Shown here in pieces: positions 36,501 through 51,200 of a stretch of DNA of 64,000 nucleotides. Where the stretch lies: the NCBI GenBank assembly GCA_951406725.2, contig OX597819.1, positions 94,612,001-94,676,000 on the forward strand, read 5' to 3'. The stretch is from Octopus vulgaris (taxonomy: Eukaryota). The position numbers and the translations under genes are program-made. The notes beneath the pieces were generated by a model, which worked only from the letters and a program-made list of their open reading frames with translations, searched no databases and was not told the origin of the DNA. How positions within the stretch are numbered: position 1 is the first letter of the stretch; each line of letters opens with the position of its first letter.

Positions 36501-39500
36501 CAAGCCAAAGTGCTGTGTCAAGCTCCAATGCTTGCTTTGTCATGGTTTCAATGGTTGAATGCTCTACCAAATGCCAATCAGTTTACAGTGTATTGGGTGC
36601 ATTTTTTTTGTAGCACTGGCAGTAGTGATGTCATGAGATAACTTGCAAGACGAATAATCTGTAATTATTTCCATTCTGATGGAGACAGTATGTGTTTAGG
36701 GAATGATGACTGGTACATCAAGGCACAATAGCAGTAGGACAGGTATGCAACTGTAAGAACAATTACTTTAAGAAAACACCACCCCAATCATGTAATCTTG
36801 AGTAAATAGATCTCAGTTCCTCCATCTTACCCCCAAAACAGAATCATCATCATCATCATCATTTAACGTCCGCTTTCCATGCTGGCATGGGTTGGACGGT
36901 TCAACTGGGGTCTGGGAAGCCAGAAGGCTGCACCAGGCCCAGTCTGATCTGGCAGTGTTTCTACAGCTGGATGCCCTTCCTAACGCCAACCACTCCGTGA
37001 GTGTAGTGGGTGCTTTTTACGTGCCAGACGGGGCTGGCAGACGGGGCTGGCAGACGGCCACGATCGGAAGGTGCTTTTTACGTGCCACCGGCACGGGGAC
37101 CAGACAAAGCTGGCAACAGCCACAGTTGGATGGTGCTTTTTATGTGCCACTGGCACGGAGGCCAGTCGGGCGGCGCTGGCTACGGCTACGTTCGAATGGA
37201 TCTCTTACGTGCCACTGGCACTGGTATCACAGCTACAAATTCCATTGATGTTGATAGATTACGGTTTTGATTTTGATCTTCACTTGCCTCAACAGGTCTT
37301 CACAAGTGAAGTTTTGTGTCCCAAGAAGGAAAGGAATGCATAAGTGGGCTGGCTACATCCCAGGTGTAGGCCACGGGATTATGGCCTCACGTGGCCTTAA
37401 TATATTTACTAAAAAATACATGCCACATGGGAATTAAGGTACATTTTATAGTTATAAGAGTTACATAAACTACATTTTATGTAACTCTTATCAATGACTA
37501 TGAACAACTATACACCATTTTTTGGCTCTGATTGAGCAGGTCTTTGATCAAAAGCATTCCAGTAACAATTATCATAACTACTTTTCCAGTAATGTTTCTC
37601 AGGATTATATCATCTATATCTTTTTTTAATGCTGGTTAGGGTGTGATTTGAGAAATTTTGGTTGCTATTTCTAGCAGGTCATGTGACTACAAAAAGATTA
37701 TGCATGTGTATGTGTATGCATGCATGTGTTTACATGTATGTGGTGTGTACACATGATTTTCTGTTAGGGAAATGATTAACAACCATATAAACAACTAGGT
37801 TATATAAGAAGTAAATATAGCAACATGAAGACTGGGAAAATAAAAAAAACAGACCTGGGTGATTTCCTGCGTTTGGATTTGTATGACATGCTCCTCATCA
37901 ATACTGTCATCCATGGTGGGTAGGTTCAAGTGTCTGACCTGAAGAACTGTCAGTTCCTTCACTACAATAGGAAACAGAAAAGGTGAAGGTGAAATCTCTA
38001 CTTGAGAACATTCTGAGTCACAGACACCAGTCAACAAATAAAAGTAATCTTAAAGATACAGTAAATAAAATAAATAATTTTGGAAATATTTCTAGATTCA
38101 ATTATAATGCATATTTGAAACCAAAGAGTGACATGAATTAAAATTTCTGCTGGGAGCCAGAGATCAACATTGTTGTCATTGTCATCCTCCTCCTCCTGTT
38201 CACCAATGTCAATCTTCCATGCTGCTATTGATTGGATTCCACAGGATCTGGCTAGCACTAGTAACATGCAAGACACGACCCCTACACAGAGTGGGGGTAC
38301 AGTATTGAGGGAAGAGGCATTGTACCAGGTGTAGAAAAGAGGGACAGGAATAGGTGTCTTGCTGTAGAGGAGATACATGGATACCTCAGCAGGAAAGAGA
38401 GAAAAGATGGTGGAGATGAGATATCAGAGTGTACCCTCAAATTACTAGAATTGGATAAAGAAAGAATAAGAAAAGGTAGGGCAGAGAATCAAGGATGGCT
38501 GATGAGTAGGTAGGTGGGACGAGGTGAAATGTTGGGAGACAGAAGTGTACATAAGGGTGGATATATTTAGTTACGAAAAAAAAGGGTATCAATGGCAAGG
38601 ATGAAAGGGCATTCAGGTGAAATAGGAGTTCAATGGATATACAGTGATAAGGGATGACATTGGGCGTGTGGGATGGGTGGCAAGGGGGGTAGTTCCAAGA
38701 AGAGGAATTATTGCTAACACAAAAAAGAAGGCATATGTATAGTTCAGCTCTCATATAACTACAGCAATTGAGCAATAGAACTGTAGTCAGAGAGGTGAGA
38801 GTGGGGTGGATGTTACAAAGATGATGATTCTTGCATGAATTTTTATTTCAAGCTATAAATATGTCATAAACAAATTCTCTCAGGGAATGTCAGAGTTAAC
38901 TAAATCTTCTATGTTTACTGTGCTCATAAGGCACAGCAAGATGCAAGGTGCTTTTTAGGCTGTTAATGAGAAGGCCATATAGATGTATGATCAGCAGACT
39001 AAGTGGCTAAAAAGAGACTTGCATGATATGTTGGTGCAAGTATAAAAAGTCTCTTTAACTTTCAGACTGTTTACCATCATGCTATGTTTTCATTTTGCAT
39101 TTTTTTTATTGTGATTGCAATTTCTGCTCTTTATGGCTATGTTGGGGAGGAGTGTAATTACCAGGGGGATGATGGAAAACATGAAGATTATATATACAAC
39201 CTTGTTAAAAAAAGAGCTATCATTTAATAAGCACAGAAACATTACTATTGAGGTACAAGATTCTATTGAATAAATTAGTGAAGCTTAAATGGACTATTCA
39301 GGTTAGAAACAATATTTATTTTTGCAAATTATTCAACAGCATATATATTGATTACTTACAACACTACATTACAAATATTACATCAAAGTCAATAAATTAC
39401 CTTTCAACAGACTTTACCTAATAAAAATACATGAATGATAAAAATATAATAAAGATATAATATAATATAATTCCAAATGGGCAAAATACCAATAACTTAA

Positions 39501-42177
39501 ACTAATGGCAAAAAATTACACAAGTGGATATGAATATAACAACAACACAGAAGCTAAAAGTAGTATAGGTAGCTGGTAGAACTGATTCAGAGTAGAAACT
39601 TAAGAGAGACAAGTTATACAAGAGAACACATCATCTGATTCTAAAACAATATAGCTTCTCTTTTTAATCACAATGTATATCATCAATGTTTGGACTTACT
39701 TTTTTGTTTAATCCGAGATATTTCATATTGTACTTCTTCAACACCATCAACCCTGATGAATGAGAAATTTAAAATAATTGATAATTTGAAGTGGGAGATA
39801 GCACCCATAATCTAGTATGGTAGATAGGAATAATTAGATGTATTTAGATAAGGCTGGTTCAATTAATATTTAATTTGTATAATTTTCAGTAAGAAATTAG
39901 ATGGTAAATTTGAGTTAAAAGGTTATTCTGAAATGTTTTGAGAAAAAAACATGGAGTACAGATATGAAACTGTGGTATTTAATTATTTCCAGAAAATTAA
40001 TAGAGAAGGTCAGGCAAATACATATAATGCTCTATATGTAACAGAAAAGATGGAATCTGACTCGACTGAAATTTCAACAGAATTACTCAAAACAATTTCT
40101 CTAAAGAAGTACTGATATAAATACAAGGTATGTTTCTTCATGTTACCTGAAGATTCTTGATCTGATGGAAATTAGTGTGTGTTTATTGCTAAAAGCATGA
40201 AGAGCAAAGAAATCATAAGAAATTCCCAGATAAGCTGTAACTAGCCAAACTTGTGACACAGAGAAAAACAGTTAAATATTTGGCAGCAATTTCCAGATGT
40301 ATCCTAATTTTAACTCTTTACCTTAATAAAAAACTATTTCATTTTAGCATTTACTAAAAGTCACCAATCAGTTTGAGGCCTCTGTAATTGTCTCCCAGTG
40401 CACCTCTTTTATCTTTGATGTTGTTGATGCTATGCTAGTCAGCAATGACAACACCTTCCAACAAAACTTGATTTACTAAGAAAGTAACTACTAAAATATT
40501 AGTTGATAGCTTTAACATCTCAGCAACTGAACCTGAACCTGCTGTTTTCTATATCTTCATATCTTTAAAGCCTTACTAATTATACTGCAGTTAGCCTCAG
40601 AAGCTGGTCTGTTTGTTAGTCCCATACGGAGTAGTCTTACTCTACATTCAACATTCTCTTGTAATCTCTTTTATATTTCCACTTCAACTCTTCATTCAAC
40701 AACCTCTTATTGTAGCACTTTCCATATCTATTTTCATGATCACTGAAAGTAAGTTCACTATCTTCATTACAAATACATTTTTCCCAACTGACATTCGAAT
40801 TTATATGATAACTCTGCTTTGGAATTTTGGAACAGTTCATGCTTCTCAATTTCATATCACAGAACTTTAGTAAACCTCTTACTTTTAGTTTCTATCCAAG
40901 CTAAATACATGTGACATATTGCATTCTATCAGGCTTTCTTCCAGAAATGTCAGTTTGCTTCTAGCATAGCAAGGATTGTTAGTTACAGGGGAAAAGTATT
41001 TTCTGGTATGAAAATCTGGAGAAAATTTTGTGTCACTTCACACTTGACCCAGGAGTTAATTGCTCTCCTCCTTTCCTTTTGCTATACCTTGCACATAGTT
41101 CTTATAACACAATATTGCCTGCTGCCTGATTGGGCCATTAGTCCATCCACAAAACTGGTTAATGGCCTGCAGTGGTCTATCTAGTATTTGCAACCAGCTC
41201 TCATCTGTGTCATGGTTCTCTTTTCCCTCCTCTCCTATCAAAATATGGAACCTTTACTGCTGTTTGGAAGTCACATCTAAAAGAGTTTAAATGAATTTAA
41301 AATTCAGATTGAATGTATTGTGAATGGAAAAACTGGATAGAAGAGTGGCAGAAACAAACAATTATATCTTAGTTTAACCAAAGCAAAAGGAGAAAGTCTT
41401 TAAATATATAACTATGTATATATCTCTACTTCATTTAATTGATTCTGATAGATGGAGAAGTACTAATTCTGCCTTTTAATTTCCACTTCAATGGGGAGAA
41501 AACATTGAGTGCTAAAGAGCAAGCCATTACAGAGACTGTTAAAGAAACAAGTGGAGTGGCTATGAAGCAACCTTATTGCAAATATTCTGATTCTATCTAA
41601 GCTAAGAGTGGATATCTATTGGATGCTGAGACCTAAACATACTCTGATTGTTACAAAAGAGACTGCTATTCATAAAACCATGCAAAAAGTAAATAGCAGA
41701 AGATTGAGTGACTTATTGATTATCTAATGACCAGCTATTTATGATTTTCAATACAAGCATTGGAGATCTGTATTTTCAGAAATACTGCTATAAGTAAGAT
41801 ACATCTTTCAGAAAAGATAAGAGTAGCATTGATTTTAGAATTTTTTTAAATAACTACTAGAGAACCTATTCGCTGGTTAGTTTTCTGTTAGTCATAATAC
41901 ACACACACACAAATTTCTTGTTGCAGGTAGAAATTGCCTTTCACTTTATTTCACGTTGCTCCAGTTCACTCAGGTGTAGAAATGAGTTGTGATGTCACAG
42001 GTGCCAAGTTGTATCAGCTTTTGCCTTTCCCTTGCATAACACTGGTGGCATGGAGGGGAGGCCGGTATGTATACCACCAGTGTTGATCTTCCATAAACAA
42101 CCTTGCCTGGACTTGTGCCTGAGAGGGTAACTTTCTAGGTGCAATCCCATGGTCAATCATGACCGAAGGGGGTCTCA

Positions 42178-42222
<45 letters not shown>

Positions 42223-45200
42223 CACATACATATACATAAAATGTTAATATGAACAGAATAAAACAAGGTTTGCATAAATTAGACAAGTAGTTTTTAAGAT
42301 ATTAGAGGCCTTCAAGGTATAAATACCCGAAACAGTGCATAATGGGAAAATATTCCAAAAATAATTTTAATCCTGAAAGGGAAGAAACTCTTATCTTTCA
42401 CTTAGAAACAGTGACTAGCTTTTTTACATTCAATGTTTCTATTTTCGTTTTTGTTAATTCATATTTTAATCATTTAGAAACATTTTTAAGTGAATGTTAT
42501 TTCAAAAATGTAAGCCATTTGTACAGTAAGTATTATATTTTAGTTTTCTTTAAATAGACAATATTCGAATGTTTTTAGAATTATTTTCAAGCGAATATCA
42601 TTACAAAAATTTTTTTGGCATATTTTAAAAATATTTTAAAGTGAAAATGACTTTAAAAATATGGTAAATATTTCGTAAGAGTCCCATTCATAACCTTGAT
42701 GTGAAATAGTATTTTTTTGAGTGCATTCAATGTTTCTCACCTTCAAAAAGATTTGGCTGCCATTTCTAACTTGCCCTGCTACCACATAACAGCTATTTGA
42801 AATAAAGGACCTCAAATATCTGTTACATGGCAGCAGGGTGTGCAAGAAATAGCAGCCAAATCAATGATTTTGATGTCACATTCATCGAATTAACCTGGAA
42901 AAGAAAAAACCCCACAAAACAAAATTGTGTTTTTGGGAAACTCAGAGTAGTGTAGTCTAGTCTAGTATATATATATATATTTAATTAGAGGTTGTGCTAT
43001 TCTCTGCTATTCTCTCTGCCATTCTCTACTGCCCAGGGAGAAAATGCTCATTCATAATGTCCACTTCTGGTCATAGTATATATACAAAAATACCTTTCTC
43101 ACATGTTTCCCCTCTCAGATTTTCATTGCAACTCATTCCAGTGTTGGTGTCTATTGGCACCTAGTTATGCACTGCTAAGCAAAGATATTCTCTCGTTTTC
43201 CAGATCTTTTCAGGTCTTGTGCTTGTGTGAAAAAGTATTATCTTTACCATCAAATACTACTGAGGGAAGTCAACTTTGCCTTTCATCCTTTTTGGGTCGA
43301 TAAAATACAGTAATAGTCATGTACTGTAGTCTATGTAATTGACTGACCTCCTCCCTTTAAAATGGTTAGTTTTGTACCAAAGTTTAAAAGAATTATTGTT
43401 ATAATTAAGGTGGCAAACTAGCTGAATTGTTAGGATGGCAGACAAAATGCTTTGCAGTATTTCTTGCAATTCATTATGCTTGGCACTCAAATCTTGCTGA
43501 GGTCAACTTTGATTTTTATGCCTTTGGGATCAATAAAATAAAGTACTAGTCAAGTACTAAGGGCGATGGTATCAACTAATTCTTGCCCCTTGAAATTGCT
43601 GGGCTTTTGTCAAAATTTGAAATAATTTCTATTATTATCATATGGTGGATGAATAATCATTGGAGCATGAAACAAAATGCTTCAGAATATTTATTCTGAG
43701 TCATTTTATATTCTGAGTTGAAATCCTGTCAAGATCAGCTTCAACTTTAAATCATTCTGGGGCTGATAAAATAAAGTACCAGGGTCAATACAACTTGCTA
43801 GAAAATTTGAAGCCTTCTACTTATAATCATCATCATCATTATAAGTTTTAGTGGTATTGTTTCCAACTTGATGTTCTGAAGTCAACCTTGCTTTTATCCT
43901 TTGAGGCTGATAAAATAAAGTACCAGTTGAGTACTGGGGTTTATGCAAATGACTAACCCCCTCATCCAAAATTTCAGGTTTCATGCCAATAGTAGACAGA
44001 ATTATTATCACTTTTAGATGTATGTCTTGTATTTCTGTCACCCCATAAGCCAGAAAACAATTGTTGATAATCTGCCCCTTTCATGGATTTGCTTTTTTTA
44101 ATTTTCATATTGCATCTTGTTGTAATCTGACCAAGACTATGGTGGACCAATAGATTCTATTGTATCTTAACATGTTGTGGCTATATCCCAGAGGTAAAAA
44201 AAAAATTATCAGAAAGTTTCAAAGCATATAACATAATGGCAATTTTGATAACCAAATAGGAGGAAATAGAAGCTACAAGGACAGGTTGCTACTGAAAGCC
44301 TCTTCCTAACTCGTTGTTTCATTGAGGAGGGCTTCTCCCTTTCTCAATCTCAATCAGCAATGCAACTACTACCATCAACACTGTCTTAGATGCTGATAAA
44401 GAAAACAGGGATGATAAAATCAACAATTTGTCAAGCAGCAATGAAAAAAAATGACCTGTGAAAGAAAGAGTAACAACACCAACAAGCCAAGTGATGAGAG
44501 CAGCAGTAACAACAATTCTACCACCTCCATTTCAAAGAGAAGTCAATCAAATACCTCAGCACAAAGCAACACCCTACTACCACTTCCATTGTGGCAAAGA
44601 GCAACATCATAAAAATAGATAAAAAAAAACACAGCAAAAGTCACAGAGTGAATAAAAGATCAATGAAGGAAGAGTAGAGAACTGATACAGAGGGACAATA
44701 GAAAAGCTATATTAGCTCCACTTCTGGAGGTGATGGAAAATGTGAAAAAATTCATGATGACATACCACTGCATAGGCAGGTAAGGTTAGTAAATAATAAG
44801 GATGACATTTGCACAGATGTGGAACTGACTGAAAGTAGTGTGGAACTTAGAAAAAAAAATGAAATAGGACATCAGATGTCTTCTCTAAAAGGAGGATGAA
44901 GACATTCCATTGCCTTAATTAAGATTAAGGAGAATTGCTCAGAGATAGGAGTGGAGAGCCTAATCCAAATGAGTCATGAAAAGTCAAAACATCCCAAACC
45001 TGATCAAGTTACCATATAGCACTCACCTGACAATAGAAGTAGAAGGGATAAGTGCTAGATGTCATATCTAAATATTTAAGAGTCTTCTGTCTATATCAGA
45101 GGGCAAAATAGGGAAGGCCTGCACAGCACAACTCTACATCAAAACAGCAACAAAAACACCACCACCCCACTAAAAGCAACTACAACCAAAATATGCCAAT

Positions 45201-48200
45201 TGTAGTACCCACAAACATATAAAAACTTAACTTCTCCAAATCTGAGACTTTCTGATATAATGAGGTTGAAATGAAAGATCCATCAAGAGATCTTTGTTTG
45301 GATGATGTGAAAAAAAACTGAAGCAAATAAATAACAAGCTGCCAGAAGCCAGAAGATTTGATGGGGATGCAAAAAGCCCAGTAACCTGTCACAAAGCTAC
45401 ATCACTACCACTGATAACAACAACAGTAGCAGCCAAACTGGCAATAACACTAACAATAAAAAATTAAAATAGGAAAACACGCAAACAAAACAACCACAGT
45501 AAGAACATCAAAAAGCAAAAACAACATTACCAAATACAAAATAAATAAATAAATGACATTACTGAAAATAGAAACAATAGTGAGTTGATGAGGGTCATAG
45601 AAGAAAAGACACAAAAAAAAAAAATACAAAGGAAGTGACTTTGAGAAGCTCATCTTCCAAGACACTGCTGAAAAGACAGATTAGGAAAGAACTTTACATT
45701 AATATGCCAGACTTGTCTAAGAGCTTTCAATAGATGTCTGCCATCTAGCAGCAGAACAGTAAGTGGCAGTGTTGCTGAGGGAACATGCAACTGAGGGGAA
45801 CATTATTAATATTTTTGACTCACAACTTCTGTTGAATGCAGAGTTTAAGATTTTGATCAAGGTGTTAAGAAAGAAGTTGGCACTGGTCATTAGTTGTATG
45901 GTCAGAAAGTGCAAACCTGTGTGATTGTGTGATCTGCCCATGACAACCATAACCATGCAATACATCATAAAGGGAATGGATAACAAACTTGGCTGTGGTA
46001 GGCTTAGAGCAGTTTGGATTCATCAGAAGCTTTTGGTAGGGGACAAGTGTCACTACATGACAACTGCCCTAAGTTTCATTTTCAGTGGCATTCTGTTTGG
46101 TCAAATTATATGGTCACCAATCAGAACTGCTTCAAACCATATGCCTGGTCCATCAAAAATATCTTCCCACATCTCTTTTGTATGCACAAACTCAGGAGTT
46201 ACTGTTCCAGAAATTGTAGGAGTTGAAGAGCATTTAATTAAGACTGGAATACAGAAGAGCAGTGTCAGGATATGTAGACAATGCCACAGTGTGACATCTT
46301 GGAGGTTGATATAGTGACAGGAGCAAAAATTTATTGAAATGTCAGTGGGCTTGCAGCTTGGCATCAGGAGAGGCAAGCTCATGCTGTTGCCAGTGTCACA
46401 GAGTGTTGGCCCAATGAACTGGTGAAGTTGCTAGAAGTTTGGTATAGTTCTGACATCTAGTGGGACAGGAAATGGGACTAGGTTATGAGTAGTGTGACTA
46501 GCCTTCCCAGAAATGGGTTAAAAAGAAACTATCCCTGAAAAGTAGGGTAAAGGTCATGAATGTATACATCATCTCTGTCATATATTGCCACCTGATCATC
46601 ATTCCTTGACTCAGTTTTCACATGACCAGAGTGGGGCATCTTTTCTTTTACATCTTGTGGAAGGGATGTCTTTCACTGGCCAAGCAATCCATCTAATGTC
46701 AACATCCTCTGAGCAGAAGGTTCAACCTGTCATGGCTGATACAGACATGTGCCGATGCTACAGCACTAGCAGGGTGTGCTGGACAATGAACAGATGTGGT
46801 CATCTTTTATAAGGCATGTTTTCCTTCAGCTTATCTCTTTGACAGGGCTGAAGTCCTGGATCAAATGAAGACCGAGATCTGAATTTGAAATATCACCAGT
46901 TGCTCCAGCTCTCAGCCAATTGGGGAATGTAGCTAGTGGGACTTCTATATTAGCTTGCTGTATGGAACTATTGGAAAGACAATGAGGTTCTTGGGGAAAC
47001 TGAGCATTGTTGAAACACAAATGGTTGGCCTGTTTCAGAGAACTTTGAACCCCAAAATTATAGATAACTATCAGAAATCCCTCACCTGGCAATGCTACTA
47101 GAGGCATTAATGATTTGAGATAAACTCTACAAGCACAGTTGGTCATGTCTGAGATGTGTACTGTGCCACATTTCATAAAAGGATGAAAGGTAAAGCTGAC
47201 CACAGTGAAATTTGAACATAAAGAGCTAGAAAAAAATGCCACAAAGCATTTTGTCTAATGCGCTAACAATTCTGCCAACTTATTGCCTTAATAATAATTC
47301 TTTCTACTAAAGGTATAAGACCTAAAATTTTGTGGAGAGGGGGCTAATCACTTATATCAAACCCAGTGTCAACTGGTACTTATTTTATTGACCGTGAAAG
47401 GATGAAAGGCAAAGTCAACCTTGCTGGAATTTGAACTCAGAACGTAAAGCCTGAAGAAATGCTGCTAAGCATTTTGTCAGGCATGCTAATGATTCTTCCG
47501 GCTCACCAACCTATTTTTATTGTTATTATTACTATTAATCATCATAATAATAATAATCCTTTCTACTAATGGCACAAGGCCTGAAATTTTGCAGGAGGGG
47601 ATTAGATAATTAGATCAACTCTTTTTCATTGGTACTTAATTTATCGAGCCTGAAAGCATGAAAGGCAAAGTTGACCTCAGTAGAATTTGAACTCTGAACA
47701 TGAAGATGGACGAAATACCACTATGCTAACAATTCTGACAGTTAGCTGCCCTCCTCCTCCTCCTCCTCCTACTACTACTACTACTAGTACTAATAATAAT
47801 AATCTGAGATATGTCTTTCATGTTACATAGCAGTGAAACATGGGCTGTGATTGCTGAGGACATGCATAAGCTTGCAAGGAATGAAGTCAGTGTGATCCAA
47901 TGGATGTGTAATGTCAGTGTGCATACTCGACAGAGTGTAAATACCTTGAGAGAAAAGTTGGACCTAAGAAGCATTAGATGTGGTGTGCAAGACAGACGAC
48001 TGCGCTAGTATGGTCATGTGGCGAGAATGGATGAGGATAGCTGTGTGAAAAAGTGCCACACCCTAGCGGTTGAGGGAACCTGTGGAAGAGGTAGACCCAG
48101 GAAGACCTGGGATGAAGTGGTGAAGCACGACCTTCGAAAATTAGGCCTCACCAAGGAAATGACTAGTGACCAAGACTTTTGGAAATATGCTGTGCTTGAG

Positions 48201-51200
48201 AAGACCCGGCAAGCCAAATGGGACCATAACCTATGGCCTATGCCAGGAGTGTAACCGGCCCGCTTATGCGTACCTTTTCCTTCTTTGGTCACTAAACTCT
48301 GCTTGCGAAGACCTGTTGAGGCAAGTGAAATCGAAATCAAAATCAAAATAAATTTGATGACTGGCATCCGTGCTAGTGGGGTGCAAAGAGCACCATACGA
48401 GTGTGATCGTTGACAGAGCAGCTAACTGGCTTCCGTGCCAGTGACACATAAAAGGGCACCATTCGAGTATGATCATTACCAGCGTCGCTTTACTGGCACT
48501 TGTGCTTGTGCTAGTAGGGTGCCAAGAGCACCATCCGAGCGTGATCGTTGCCAGAGCAGCCAACTGGCTTCCGTACCCGTGGCACGTAAAAGGGCACCAT
48601 TCAAGCGTGATCGTTATCAACATCGCTTCACTGGCACCTGTGCTGGTGGTACGTGTAAAAAGATTCGAGCGAGGTCATTGCTAGTACCACCTGACTGGCC
48701 CCCGTGCTGGTGGCACGTAAAAAGCAGCCACTACACTCTCGGAGTGGTTGGTGTTAGGAAGGGCATCCAGCTGTAGAAGCTCTGTCAGATCAAGATTGGA
48801 GCCTGGTGCAGCCATCTGGTTCACCAGCCCTCAGTCAAAATCGTCCAACCCAAGCTAGCATGGAAAGCGGTCGTTAAACGATGATGATGATATAATGATA
48901 TCTGTGCTAAAACACTGATTTGAAAAATATATGACTTCTTATATAGCCAAACCACCACACATTTGTGGAGACAGAGCAGTCAATTTAATCAGCTCATGCC
49001 CCCAGTACTTGGTTGGTGCTTATTTAGTCAATCTGAGTAGAAGGAAATACAAAGTCAAATCTGGTGCGACTTTAACTCAGAATGTAAATCAACATCATCA
49101 TAGCATATAAATGTTGTAAGGCAATTCTGTCATCACTCTACCAATTCTATCATCTACAGTGGAAAATAATAAGTTATAACATAGCATGGGAAATGATAAT
49201 CATAATATAGGTGTAAGACCACACATTCTGCAAGAGAGAACAGTTGATTAAATTGACTCCATATATAAGTGGCACTTGGAAAGATGAGAAACAAATATGA
49301 CCTTGCTAAGATTTGAATATCAAACACAATTAAATACTGTAAGGCATTATGTTGTTAATATTCTACTTTTTCTGATATCCTCTCTGAATAATAACATTCT
49401 AAAGTTACACATTTGGGAAACCAACCACAATACTGGTCTGATACATATATACAACCTTTCTTTTAACAGTTTAGCTCCAAAACCTACAATTATTTACAGA
49501 GACGATTATAGTAGCAATAGAATAGGTAGGGACAGCATGCCAGTGTACCAATGGCTGGAGCATGGCTGTGAGTGATTTTATGCCAATCAGTCAAGTGGCT
49601 ATTCTCTAGCTGCAGTCTAAGATGTTTGTGTCATCCCCAGAAAAGAGAGTTGCTCTGAATTGTTGCAATTTAATTAAATCTGCTATAAGTACTCAACAAA
49701 GGCAAGTGGTGGTGTTAAATTGGCCAAGAGATTAGGCCAGAAAGGAAAGAAACCACAACAAACAGGTTGCTGCAGTAGGAAGCAGGCATCATCACATGAA
49801 GCTATCTAGTCATCTTCATTCTAGAGACTTGGTTAAATGTTTTCAACAGACAGAGTGGACTAAAAGTACTCAGGTGGTGATGTTAAACTAAACGGTGAAT
49901 TAAGTCTTTAAAAAAGATGATTAAGATGATTAACCATGGCTCAGTGGTTAGAGTGTCAAGCTTACAATCATGATGTAGTGAGTTTGATTCTCAGACTGGG
50001 CTCTGTGTTGTGTTCTTGAGCAAGACACTTTATTTTGTGTTGTTCCAATTCACCCAGCTGTAGAAATGAGTTGCAACGTCACAGGTACCAAGCTGTATCG
50101 GCCTTTGCTTTTCTCTTGGATAACATCAGTGGTGTGGAGAGGGGAGGCTAGTATGCATGGGTGACTGCTAGTCTTCTATAAATAACCTTGTCCAGACTTG
50201 TGCCTCGAAGAGGAATTTTCTAGGTGCATCCCTCCTTCATGACTGAAGGGGGCCTTTACCCCATTATTAAGGCAATTAATTGACAGAATAGCAACAGTAC
50301 AGTATTGAATACCTTGCAATATTTATTATGTACAGAGTTCAAATCCATCTAAAGCAAACACTGCCTTTCATTTCAGGATTGATAAAGTACCAAACATGTA
50401 TCTGGGTTGATTAAACCAACTCTACCCCGAACAAAATTTCTGGCCTTGTATCTATGTTAGATATTGAATGGGGTGGGTGGATTGGCATAATTGTTAGAAT
50501 GTTGGGCAATCTTATGGTATTTGTCTTAGCTAATATCTTTTGAGTCCAAATTCCACTGAAGTGAACTTTCCTTTAATCTTTTTGTGTTTGATAAAATAAA
50601 GTATGAGTCAAATACTAGATTGACAGTACTGAATAATCCACTCCCTCAAATTTCGGACCTCATGTCTTTTAGGGTCGACTTTGCCTTTCATCCTTTCAGG
50701 GCTGATAAAAATAAGTACCAGTTGAATACTTTGGGGGTAACTAGCTGATTCCACTCCCTTCAAAATTGCTGGCCTTATGCCAAAATTGGAAATACTTATT
50801 ATTAGAGCTGATAGAATCATTAGGGCGTTGGAAAATACGCCTTTCAGAATTTGTTCCAGTTCTTTACATTAAGAGTTCAAATTCTGCTGAGGTCAACTTT
50901 GCTTCTCATCAATAAAATTGAGTATCAGTCAAGTACTCAGGTCAATGGTATCGACTAATCTCCTCTCCTTAAAGTTGCTGATCTTATGCCTAAATCAGAA
51001 ACTATTACTATTATCATTATTTAGGGGAAAGATTGGCAGAATCTTTTGTATTGGATATTTGCTCCCACTCTACATTTTCTGCCATTCATTACTTTTGTAA
51101 TAATGTTAGCTAACATAGGCAAAAGTTCTCAAAACTGTGAAATTATACTGAACTTAATTCTTGACTAGATTATTTTATTGACCCTAGAAGGATAAAAGGC

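Noticed and set aside
48360-48740. Regularly spaced repeats resembling a CRISPR array
   Set aside because: Eukaryotic LINE 3' UTR; the spacers are themselves repeated and there are no cas genes.
49935-50010. tRNA gene
   Set aside because: A/B boxes run straight into a SINE body repeated at 41940-42180, and no intact cloverleaf is evident.
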